The notes under the pieces were generated by a model that saw nothing but the letters and a program-made list of their open reading frames with translations, had not been told where the DNA came from and made no database searches. Positions 9,321-17,283 of a stretch of DNA of 64,000 nucleotides are shown piece by piece. Position numbers and translations under genes: made by a program. Source of the stretch: Candidatus Omnitrophota bacterium (GTDB lineage: Bacteria; Omnitrophota; Gorgyraeia; Ghiorseimicrobiales; Ghiorseimicrobiaceae); assembly GCA_030681595.1 (NCBI GenBank), contig JAUXSB010000037.1:133708-197707 (forward strand), given 5' to 3'. The stretch's first letter is position 1. Every line of letters begins with the position of its first letter.

Positions 9321-10592
9321 TTATGCTTTAAATCGTTTCATAATTAATGATGAGTGTATTCCTGAAAAACCACTGCTTGTTTTTAGCATGGTATTTACTT
9401 TTTTTTCGCGCGCGACATTAGGAATATAATCCAAGTCGCATAAAGGGTCTTTTTCTTCCTGATTTATTGTCGGCGGTAAAATATTATTTTGAAAAATCAT
9501 ACAACCAATAGTAAGCTCTATCGCGTTTGCCGCGGCCAAGGGGTGTCCGATCATTGACTTAAGCGAGCTGATCGGCAGTTTATAGGCATAATCGCCGAAA
9601 ACTATTTTATAGGCGCTGGTTTCAAAGATATCGTTCATGCGTGTGGATGAGCCGTGGGCGTTAATATAGTCAATATCAGTTGGTTTAGTCACAGCGTCTT
9701 TAAGCGCAAGAGTAATGCAACTTGCCATAGCGGTTCCATCAGCCGGCAGGTCAGTCATGTGAAAGGCATTGCAACTGGTGCCAAAGCCGATGACCTCGGC
9801 ATAGATATGGGCGTTACGCAAAAGTGCATGTTGTAATTCTTCCAGGATTAATATTCCCGCGCCTTCGGAAAGCACAAAACCGTCGCGCTTTTTATCAAAC
9901 GGGCGTGATGCCGCTTCAGGATTGTTATTGTGTACAGATAAGACATTTACTACGTCAAAGGCGCCGAAGGTTATCGGCGTAAGCGGGGCTTCAGCCGCAC
10001 CGCAAATCATGATATCATGTTCGCCGTCTTGGATAGTTTCTAAACCAAAGCCCAGCGAGTCGGTTCCGGCAGTGCATCCGGTAGAAATTGTATTACAGAC
10101 TCCTTTTAAGCCATACTTAGCCGAGATTTCGATGGATGGCGTATTAAACATTGCCGCGTCATAAAGATCAGGCCTAACTTTCGACGGGTCAATTTCGTGT
10201 TTTCCATTTTCGGTGACTAAAGCGAATTCTTCTTCCATATATTTTGTTCCGCAGATAGCATTGGCAAGGCAGACGCCGATACGCTCGGTATTTTCTTTTG
10301 AGAAGATAAGCCCAGAGTCATTTACCGCCATATAAGCCGCCGCTACTCCAAATTGGACATATCTATCCATGCGCATTGCTTCATCGTGGGTTAGGCCGAG
10401 CTTAAAAGGATTAAAATCCCGGACCTCCGCGGCAATTTTCGTGTTAAATACTGATACATCAAATCCGTCAACTAATCTTACGCCGGATTTACCGGAAATA
10501 AAAGCTTGATAAGCTTCTTCTTTGCCGATACCGTTAGGTGAAATTACGCCAATGCCTGTTATAGCTACTCTTCTTTTTTTCATGATATCCAT
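9321..10592 (-). CDS. Beta-ketoacyl-ACP synthase (KS-alpha-like, catalytically intact)
   Basis: Active-site Cys in STGCTAGTDS, plus the His motifs NAHGSST and MIGHPL. 423 aa. The likely start is the second Met (MKKRRVAITGIG). Confidence 0.8.
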   Translation of the reverse strand: MDIMKKRRVAITGIGVISPNGIGKEEAYQAFISGKSGVRLVDGFDVSVFNTKIAAEVRDFNPFKLGLTHDEAMRMDRYVQFGVAAAYMAVNDSGLIFSKENTERIGVCLANAICGTKYMEEEFALVTENGKHEIDPSKVRPDLYDAAMFNTPSIEISAKYGLKGVCNTISTGCTAGTDSLGFGLETIQDGEHDIMICGAAEAPLTPITFGAFDVVNVLSVHNNNPEAASRPFDKKRDGFVLSEGAGILILEELQHALLRNAHIYAEVIGFGTSCNAFHMTDLPADGTAMASCITLALKDAVTKPTDIDYINAHGSSTRMNDIFETSAYKIVFGDYAYKLPISSLKSMIGHPLAAANAIELTIGCMIFQNNILPPTINQEEKDPLCDLDYIPNVAREKKVNTMLKTSSGFSGIHSSLIMKRFKA

Positions 10593-10631
10593 AACTTTAC
10601 ATTTTAAGCATTGCTTAAAATGTAAAGTTAT
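10591..10631. repeat. 41-bp perfect palindrome (AACTTTACATTTTAAGCA arms), copy 2
   Basis: Identical to 116-156 except for the central base. Abuts the KS-alpha start codon. Confidence 0.7.
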
Positions 10632-11245
10632 TTGCTTGGTTCTCCTTCTTGTCCTTCGATCTGTGATACTTTAAATACGATATTCCCTCCATCCGGGCAG
10701 GTTACCGTATCAATAGAATCCGGATTAGGCATAAAGAAAAATTTTGCTCCGAAGTTAAGCGCAAAGAGCGCGGGAAACGCGGTATGAAATGCCGCGCCGC
10801 AGAACCCGGGGATACATTTAAGCCCGGTGGTTTCCCATTTGTCTCCTACCTTATATCCAAAGTGGCATTTACCGGTTGCTTTAACAACTTCGATAACCAT
10901 TTTTTTAGGTTTCGGGCCTTTATGAGTTTCATCCTTAGGTATGAATTGGACTTTATCGCTGCCCTTTTCAAAAATCTCTGCCTTAAATTCCAATTTTCCA
11001 CCGTCGGGGCAGGTTACTTTTAAAGAGCGTTGGTTATCCATAAACGGAAATTTTGCCCCAAAACTTAAGGCATAGATTATCGGAAATAAAACGTGGGCTA
11101 ATCCAAGGCAGAAAAACTCCGGCGGATGGGTAAAATCATCTAAGATTAGCTCATCGCCGATTTTATAGCCGTGATAGCAATGGCCGAAGACATTGGTTAC
11201 GGTGAGTTTTAGTCTTGGGAATGGGGAATCTATTTTTTTATCCAT
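10628..11245 (-). CDS. Tandem-duplicated TIGR04076-family protein
   Basis: Two repeats each carry a CxxGHxxGD-type motif (GHCYHGYKIGDE...CPDGG; GKCHFGYKVGDK...CPDGG) and the ALFP/ALNFGAKF segments typical of TIGR04076. Confidence 0.5.
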   Translation of the reverse strand: MDKKIDSPFPRLKLTVTNVFGHCYHGYKIGDELILDDFTHPPEFFCLGLAHVLFPIIYALSFGAKFPFMDNQRSLKVTCPDGGKLEFKAEIFEKGSDKVQFIPKDETHKGPKPKKMVIEVVKATGKCHFGYKVGDKWETTGLKCIPGFCGAAFHTAFPALFALNFGAKFFFMPNPDSIDTVTCPDGGNIVFKVSQIEGQEGEPSK

Positions 11246-12241
11246 TTAACTTTTGACAAGAGTTAATAATTCTTCTTTGCTAAAAAACTTTCCCGTTTTT
11301 TCAACCTGATGCACCATCTGGGTTAATTTTTCATTAAGCGGCGCGGAAATGCCGTTTTTTTTGGCTAAATTCACAAATTCTCCGTTGATATAGTCTATTT
11401 CAGATGCCTTGCCTCTTTTTATACTCTGTAAAATTGAGCCGTAAAGCGGCTCGCGGCTTAGATTAAACATAATATTAGAAAAAATCTTTGCTGCTTCATC
11501 GTGTGGCATATTGGCAAGCGCTACATATCGTTTAATGTCAAATTCCGGTAATGATACCGGTTTAATTCCGGCTTTAGCTGTGATATCAAAGGCCTCTTTA
11601 AGCAGTTGAATACTTATTGCGGCCATCTCTACTTCTTTAAATGTCTCTTGCATACTGAAGCCTACGACTGCAGGGATACAATTATTTAAGTTTATGAAGA
11701 GCTTTGTCCATTTCATCCCTTTTATTTGTTCGGAAATAGTAGTTTTAAAGGCGCGGTTTAAAACTTGCTCAACTTCTTTCAGTTTTTCGTCGATTTTTCC
11801 GTTTGATCTACCAATAATCCAGCCGCCCTCAAAGTTATGCGTGATATGGCCGTAATCTAAGTGGGTAGCACCGAACATTACGATACTGGAAATAATATCC
11901 GCGCCTTTAATAGATTGCGCGACAATTTCATCAGCACGTATCCCGTTTTGGGTAGTAAGGATAATGCTATTTTTTAAAAATTCCTCGTTTTGGGCTACTA
12001 CCTCATTTATGTCTTGAGTTTTGACTGCTAAAATTGCTAAGTCAGCAGGTGTATTCAACTTGGTGTCGGCGTCTATCTTAACGTTAATTTTTCCGCGTAC
12101 CCCATCTATCGCAAGCCCGCTTTTCTTGATAGCTTCAGCTTGTTCTTTTTTGGCAATCAGTGCGACATCACAGCCTTTATCTTTTAGATAAGCCGCAACT
12201 ACCCCCCCAATTGCTCCTGCGCCAATAACAATGATTCTCAT
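11246..12241 (-). CDS. 2-dehydropantoate 2-reductase family (ApbA/PanE-like) oxidoreductase
   Basis: N-terminal IVIGAGAIGG Rossmann and a KPR-like C-terminal domain. 331 aa. Confidence 0.65.
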   Translation of the reverse strand: MRIIVIGAGAIGGVVAAYLKDKGCDVALIAKKEQAEAIKKSGLAIDGVRGKINVKIDADTKLNTPADLAILAVKTQDINEVVAQNEEFLKNSIILTTQNGIRADEIVAQSIKGADIISSIVMFGATHLDYGHITHNFEGGWIIGRSNGKIDEKLKEVEQVLNRAFKTTISEQIKGMKWTKLFINLNNCIPAVVGFSMQETFKEVEMAAISIQLLKEAFDITAKAGIKPVSLPEFDIKRYVALANMPHDEAAKIFSNIMFNLSREPLYGSILQSIKRGKASEIDYINGEFVNLAKKNGISAPLNEKLTQMVHQVEKTGKFFSKEELLTLVKS

Positions 12242-12283
12242 ATAGTTATAAGTTATGAGTGATAAGTTATAAGTTCGCTGCTT

Positions 12284-12562
12284 TTATTTCGGATAACCGT
12301 ATTTTTTATAATCAAATCCGCTTTTTTCTAACAATCGCACCATCATACTATAAAACGGCGACGGCACGTCAGAGAAAAAGGCGAAGATTACGTCTTGCTC
12401 TTCAACTTGGCCGGCATTACGCCTAAAGGCATTTTCCTCTGCCCTTTTAGTGACGACGCTTTCGGTAATCCGACGGTGAAAAACCGGAATCTTTTCAATC
12501 ATTGCCTTAAATTTTTGCTGAATCTCGCTATCCCAGTTCATTTTATCTTTTACGCAAACCAC
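12284..12562 (-). CDS. Small PCP_red-like (PF08369) domain protein
   Basis: W..E....KIPVFHRR...V..AEENA pattern resembles the protochlorophyllide-reductase C-terminal domain. 92 aa. Weak call. Confidence 0.3.
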   Translation of the reverse strand: MVCVKDKMNWDSEIQQKFKAMIEKIPVFHRRITESVVTKRAEENAFRRNAGQVEEQDVIFAFFSDVPSPFYSMMVRLLEKSGFDYKKYGYPK

Positions 12563-14043
12563 GACGTAACCAAAGACCTGCCTGTGGGGTTTAGGTCAAT
12601 GTTTACGTGCTTGGTTTGGGTGTATTCTAGGAGTCCTTCTTTGCCGAGTTCGCGGCCAAAACCACTTTCCTTGTATCCGCCAAAGGGCGCTTCGTTATAA
12701 AAGCCGCCGTAGGTATTTATCCAGACGGTTCCGCAGCGAAGTTGCGCTGCCACCTGATTTGCCCGGTTTAAATCTTTGGTCCAGACCATAGCTGCTAAGC
12801 CAAATTTTGTGTCATTGGCGATCTTAATTGCCTGATCTTGTCCGGAAAACTTAATGATAGATAATACCGGCCCAAAAATCTCTTCCTGCGCAATCCGCGC
12901 GTTATTATCCACATCTATAAATATCGTCGGCTCCAAATAAAACCCTTTTTCTAACCGTTTCCCACCTCCGAGGTGGGCAAGGGGGATGATGCCGCCAGAG
13001 ATGAGTTTGGCTTCTTTTTTACCGATTTCGATATAATCTAAAACGGTTTGGCGATGTTCTCTTGAGATAAGCGGGCCAAAGTCGGTATCATAAGATATGG
13101 CATTTCCGATTTTAAGTTTTTTGGTTTTGGCAACCAATAATTCTATAAATTTATCGTAAATTTTATCTTCTAAAATTAGGCGCGATCCGGCTGTGCACAT
13201 CTGTCCTTGATTCATGAATATTGCCGACATTGCCCCGCCCACTGCCGCCTCTATATCACAGTCGGCAAATACAATATTCGGGCTTTTGCCGCCTAATTCA
13301 AGAGAGAGTTTTTTGGTGCTGCCCGAAGCCATTTTCATTATTTCTTTTCCCGCAGTATTTCCTCCGGTAAAAGAAATCATATCTACGAGTTTGCTTTCGG
13401 TTAAGGTCGCGCCTACTTCCTTGCCTGTGCCGGTAATAATATTTACTACACCATTGGGTAAGCCCGCCTCTTGTATTATTTTGGCTAATTCTAAGCAGCT
13501 TAAGGATGCAAGTTGTGAAGGCTTAAAAACAACCGTATTCCCTAAAATAATTGCCGGTGCTATTTTCCAAGCGGCCATTAAAAATGGGTAATTCCATGGG
13601 ATAATCTGGCCGATGACGCCTACTGGCTCTTTGAGGGTAAAGCTTAATGCCGGATTATGAATCGGAATTGTTTCGCCTTTTATTTCGGTTGCGGCCGCGG
13701 CAAAGTATTCAAATGCAGATGCGGCAGTAGGTATATCAATAAAAGTAGTCTGTTTTATGGTTTTTCCGGTATCAAGTGATTCTAATTTAGCCAATTCGTC
13801 AGCCTTTTCTCTTATGAGTTGCGCGATTTTTTGAAGGTAAGGTGCTCGTTCAATAAGCGGCATTTTAGGCCAGTCGCCGGAGTCAAAAGCGAGCCTTGCC
13901 GCTTTAATTGCGGTTTCTGTATCGCGAGCGTCTGCCGCGGGAAATTCCGCTAGAATTTCGCCGGTTGAGGGATTAATGCTTGCAATGGCCTTGCCTGCGT
14001 TAACCCAAGTGTTGTCTATGTACATGTTATATTGTTTAAGCAT
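12550..14043 (-). CDS. NAD(P)+-dependent aldehyde dehydrogenase
   Basis: ALDH family. Catalytic Cys in GQMCTAGSR and Glu in ELGGKSP. 497 aa. Confidence 0.85.
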   Translation of the reverse strand: MLKQYNMYIDNTWVNAGKAIASINPSTGEILAEFPAADARDTETAIKAARLAFDSGDWPKMPLIERAPYLQKIAQLIREKADELAKLESLDTGKTIKQTTFIDIPTAASAFEYFAAAATEIKGETIPIHNPALSFTLKEPVGVIGQIIPWNYPFLMAAWKIAPAIILGNTVVFKPSQLASLSCLELAKIIQEAGLPNGVVNIITGTGKEVGATLTESKLVDMISFTGGNTAGKEIMKMASGSTKKLSLELGGKSPNIVFADCDIEAAVGGAMSAIFMNQGQMCTAGSRLILEDKIYDKFIELLVAKTKKLKIGNAISYDTDFGPLISREHRQTVLDYIEIGKKEAKLISGGIIPLAHLGGGKRLEKGFYLEPTIFIDVDNNARIAQEEIFGPVLSIIKFSGQDQAIKIANDTKFGLAAMVWTKDLNRANQVAAQLRCGTVWINTYGGFYNEAPFGGYKESGFGRELGKEGLLEYTQTKHVNIDLNPTGRSLVTSWFA

Positions 14044-14054
14044 ATTTAATCTCC

Positions 14055-14095
14055 ATAACTTTACATTTTAAGCAATGCTTAAAATGTAAAGTTAT
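14055..14095. repeat. 41-bp perfect palindrome, copy 3
   Basis: Identical to 116-156. It fills the intergenic space, followed by GGAG (RBS) and the ALDH ATG. Confidence 0.7.
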
Positions 14096-15120
14096 TTAAC
14101 GGGAGCTAGCTTCCATAAATCGAAAATACGGTTAAAAGGAGCATACCAGCGCGAGAGTTTTGCCATATCGCCTTTTAATTTAAGCTTACGTTGGGTTGCC
14201 GCGGCAAAAGGATCAAGTCTTCTGTCAAAAACCATGCGCCAGACTGCCGCAGGCCCTGAAATTACGAACTCCGCGTCTTCGTCATTGGTTACGGTATCAA
14301 TCTTACCTTTATTAAAATGAAAATTATAGATTCTGTTTTCTTCGTCAACCTTGATAGCAAGTTTTGTGGTTAAATTAAGCGCCTCCCCCTTTTCCTTTAC
14401 TTCCTTATCCTCATTAACCAAAGAAACTATCTTTTTGATATGCTCTTGCGAAAACAAATCGTATTTTTCACCAATGTCCACCCCCGCCGGATTGAGCGCG
14501 CCCGAACAGCGTTCGGTCAGGCGGGAGTCGGGTTGGCCCGCGGTGGAATTTACTGTTGATGCCATTAAGGCGATGTTTACTTTACAGGCTTCTTCTAATG
14601 CTTCTGCCCAAGAGAATGCTTCTTTAAAATTTGAGCCTACTGAAATTATGCCATGTTTTTTTAAGACAACGATGTTGCTTAGGCTTAGCGCTTCTAAAAC
14701 CGGCAAAACATTTGTTACAACCGGGCCATCCTGTTCAATCACCGGTATATTCGATAGATAAAGGCGCGCTTCATAGCTGAATATATCCAATGTGTTAAAT
14801 TTAGCGTAAAAGGCAGTGGTGAAATTAGGATGGGCATGAATAACCGCGCCAACTTGTTCATTTTTATACGCGCCTAAATGCATAGCGATTTCTGAAGTCG
14901 GCTTATGTGTTGTTTCTTCAAGCGGCACACCGTTTTTATCTACCGGGATAATTTCATCTTTTTCTAAATACCCTAAATAGGCATTATGCGCGGTGACTAA
15001 AAATTTATCCTTATCTATGCGTAAAGAAATATTTCCGCAAGGCCCGTTGATAAAGGAACGATTATGCAGTTCTTTTGCCCAGAAAATTATTTCTTCTTTT
15101 TGTTCTAAAAAATATTTCAT
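14092..15120 (-). CDS. Class-II aldolase/adducin-domain protein fused to a C-terminal SCP2-like domain; candidate 5-deoxyribulose/methylthioribulose-1-P aldolase of a DHAP shunt
   Basis: N-terminal aldolase_II motifs (AVIHAHPNFTTAF). C-terminal SCP2-like region (FVISGPAAVWRMVFD...LKLKGDMAKL). The inter-domain linker carries an in-frame GC-rich repeat insert at 14496-14537. Confidence 0.6.
   Translation of the reverse strand: MKYFLEQKEEIIFWAKELHNRSFINGPCGNISLRIDKDKFLVTAHNAYLGYLEKDEIIPVDKNGVPLEETTHKPTSEIAMHLGAYKNEQVGAVIHAHPNFTTAFYAKFNTLDIFSYEARLYLSNIPVIEQDGPVVTNVLPVLEALSLSNIVVLKKHGIISVGSNFKEAFSWAEALEEACKVNIALMASTVNSTAGQPDSRLTERCSGALNPAGVDIGEKYDLFSQEHIKKIVSLVNEDKEVKEKGEALNLTTKLAIKVDEENRIYNFHFNKGKIDTVTNDEDAEFVISGPAAVWRMVFDRRLDPFAAATQRKLKLKGDMAKLSRWYAPFNRIFDLWKLAPVK
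14496..14537. repeat. GC-rich ~42-bp element (GCGCGCCCGAACAGCGTTCGGTCAGGCGGGAGTCGGGTTGGC) inside a CDS
   Basis: Near-identical copy at 45394-45435 in intergenic DNA, 38 of 42 bases matching. Contains the hairpin CCGAAC..GTTCGG. Strongly GC-rich against AT-rich flanks. Confidence 0.6.
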
Positions 15121-15542
15121 TGTAAGTTTTCGTTTTGCGGCGCAATAGTTCTTATTTTTTTAACAGTAACCTTTTTACCTAAAAATGTCTTCGCGTCTTT
15201 ATCCAAAAATTTGGTGTTTGCGTTTTCGCCTTTTAAGATTTCTACGGGGATCTTATGCCAGTCTGCGAGAATTTTTACGGTATGCGCGCCGCAGGGAAAT
15301 TTATTATCAGAGCCGAATAAATATACTTGTTTAATGCGCCCTGTAAAAAACATATGGCCTAAGGCGTTGTCCGATATGAGCGTAGAGTTGATTCCCGCTT
15401 TCTTAAGTTTGTTTATCAGTATTTTTGGCCCGATTAATTGAGGCCGCATTTCAGAGATAAGGATATTTTCTTTTTTATGTTCTCGGCAAAAATTGTCGCA
15501 AGGTATGCCGTATATTAACGAGTATGTATTTATTTTACCCAT
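15117..15542 (-). CDS. Small eIF-2B/MtnA-family fragment-like protein
   Basis: GKINTYSL and GINSTLISDNALG...FGSD segments resemble motifs of the eIF2B/MtnA fold but are short and permuted. Could be a degenerate paralog. Confidence 0.3.
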   Translation of the reverse strand: MGKINTYSLIYGIPCDNFCREHKKENILISEMRPQLIGPKILINKLKKAGINSTLISDNALGHMFFTGRIKQVYLFGSDNKFPCGAHTVKILADWHKIPVEILKGENANTKFLDKDAKTFLGKKVTVKKIRTIAPQNENLQ

Positions 15543-16537
15543 TTTTTTGCAAATTCCCCGGGGGTGTATATCTGGTCGAAAAAAATAAGGCCCGTGATCA
15601 GGCTTGACGGTACAACATCAAAAGAAGGGTATATCGCTTCCTGGCTTTTTGGGGCAAGACAGCTCTTTTCAAAAACAAGCATTTCTTCTTTTGGACGGTA
15701 TTCAATTTTGATATCTTTTATGCTTTTGGTGTCACCCGGTGGCTGCACAAAACAGTAAAACGGAACACCATAATGTTTTGCCAATATAGCCAGTTGGTAT
15801 GTGCCTAATTTATTTACGATGTCGCCTTTAAGCGTAACGCGGTCAGAGCCGACAAGCACCATATCTATCCGGCATCTTTTTAGAATATCCCCTGCTTGTA
15901 TATCACAGATAAGATATGTGTTGGCATTAGCGCGGTTGAGCTCCCAAGCTGTAAGGCGTGCCCCTTGAAAATATGGGCGGGTTTCTGTGGCAAAGAACTC
16001 AACGGATTTACCTAATTTTTCCGCTTCAGCAAACATTGTAACCAATTCGCCGGAAACGTTGCAATGCGTAAGGATTCTTGCGGATTGCGGCAGTATCCCC
16101 GCGGCCAGCCTGGCACGATGACGGCGGGCATTTTGTATGGAATCGATATAAGTAAGGATTATTATCTTAATCAGGGAAATAAAACTTCCCTCTTCTTTAT
16201 TATTTTTCAGCATGCTGAGGAGTTCATTGTTTAGCTGGCTAAAAGCAAAAGTCGGCCTTGTCTGTATAAATTTTTCTGTGATGGAGCGCGATAATTTGCT
16301 AAAACTTTTGAGGTTTGTTATTTCGTTTTTTTTTGCTTCTAATATCAACGTGTAATAGAACAAAAGCACTTGTCCGAACGCGCGCGTTTTCATTTGCCTA
16401 AGCACGTAAAGCGCACCGTTTAACCCGCTTACTTTAATGTATTCTTGCTTAAACGGAAGCAAGGTTTCGTCTAAAACGGCAATGTGGCCGCCTTTAAATA
16501 TGACTGGGTTAAAAAGAGGTGATTCCGGAATGTTCAT
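15530..16537 (-). CDS. eIF-2B alpha/beta/delta family sugar-1-phosphate isomerase (MtnA-like; methylthioribose- or 5-deoxyribose-1-P isomerase)
   Basis: ETRPYFQGARLTAWEL and VGSDRV..GDIVNKLGTYQLAILAKHYGVPFY motifs typical of MtnA. 335 aa. Confidence 0.7.
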   Translation of the reverse strand: MNIPESPLFNPVIFKGGHIAVLDETLLPFKQEYIKVSGLNGALYVLRQMKTRAFGQVLLFYYTLILEAKKNEITNLKSFSKLSRSITEKFIQTRPTFAFSQLNNELLSMLKNNKEEGSFISLIKIIILTYIDSIQNARRHRARLAAGILPQSARILTHCNVSGELVTMFAEAEKLGKSVEFFATETRPYFQGARLTAWELNRANANTYLICDIQAGDILKRCRIDMVLVGSDRVTLKGDIVNKLGTYQLAILAKHYGVPFYCFVQPPGDTKSIKDIKIEYRPKEEMLVFEKSCLAPKSQEAIYPSFDVVPSSLITGLIFFDQIYTPGEFAKKWVK

Positions 16538-17283
16538 TTATTTTCTAATAATTTAATTGCCTCAAGCGATACTTTTATGATGTTTTGTTCAGCTTCGTAA
16601 TAATTCATATTGGTAAAACCCATCTCTCCAGTGATAACATTATCGGATACCGCGGTAATGGCAGCGCCTTTGCAATTAGATAGCTGAGCAATGGTTAAGA
16701 AGCTGGATGAGACCATGTCTACCGCAATCGCACCCAATGAAGCATATTTTTCTACAATTTCGCGTGTTTCACGAAGCAGCGCGTCTGTTGTCCAAATGGG
16801 CCCTTTATGGTAGCGAAGCCCTAATTTTTCCGCAGCAGATGCTAAAGCATTAGTTAGTTTCGGGTCAGCAACGGTTTTAAAATCGTCTTTAACGTAATAC
16901 GGCGTTACCCCTTCTCCCCTTATTACACTTGTTACAATTATTAGGTCGCCGACCTGTATATCTTCTTTGAGCGCACCACTCGAGCCGCACCTGATTAAAT
17001 TTTCTACACCGCCGTTACATAAGATTTCTGCGCTTATGGCGCTGTCTGCGGAGTACCTTCCGCCATTTCCTGTTGTGACTTTAGTCCCGTTGAAATCTCC
17101 CGAATAAAAAGTATATTCCATAAACGAAAAATTACGCACAGGGTTTTTTATATGTTTTAAGACTGCGTCGCGCCTGTCTGCCGGGCCGGGGACTATTGCA
17201 TATTTTCCGAAATCTCCCGGTTTAATTTGAAGCATATATAACAGTTCTTTCGCGGTTAGGTGGATATCCTTTTTCATTCTCAC
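16534..17283 (-). CDS. PNP/UDP-1 family nucleoside phosphorylase (MTA/5'-dAdo phosphorylase candidate)
   Basis: PNP_UDP_1 fold with a phosphate-binding N-terminal region (VPGPADRRD). 249 aa. Confidence 0.6.
   Translation of the reverse strand: MRMKKDIHLTAKELLYMLQIKPGDFGKYAIVPGPADRRDAVLKHIKNPVRNFSFMEYTFYSGDFNGTKVTTGNGGRYSADSAISAEILCNGGVENLIRCGSSGALKEDIQVGDLIIVTSVIRGEGVTPYYVKDDFKTVADPKLTNALASAAEKLGLRYHKGPIWTTDALLRETREIVEKYASLGAIAVDMVSSSFLTIAQLSNCKGAAITAVSDNVITGEMGFTNMNYYEAEQNIIKVSLEAIKLLENK

Noticed and set aside
15117-15542. Frameshifted single mtnA gene spanning 15117–16537
   Set aside because: The 335-aa ORF already contains complete MtnA N- and C-terminal motifs. The 141-aa ORF is an additional partial paralog, not the missing half.
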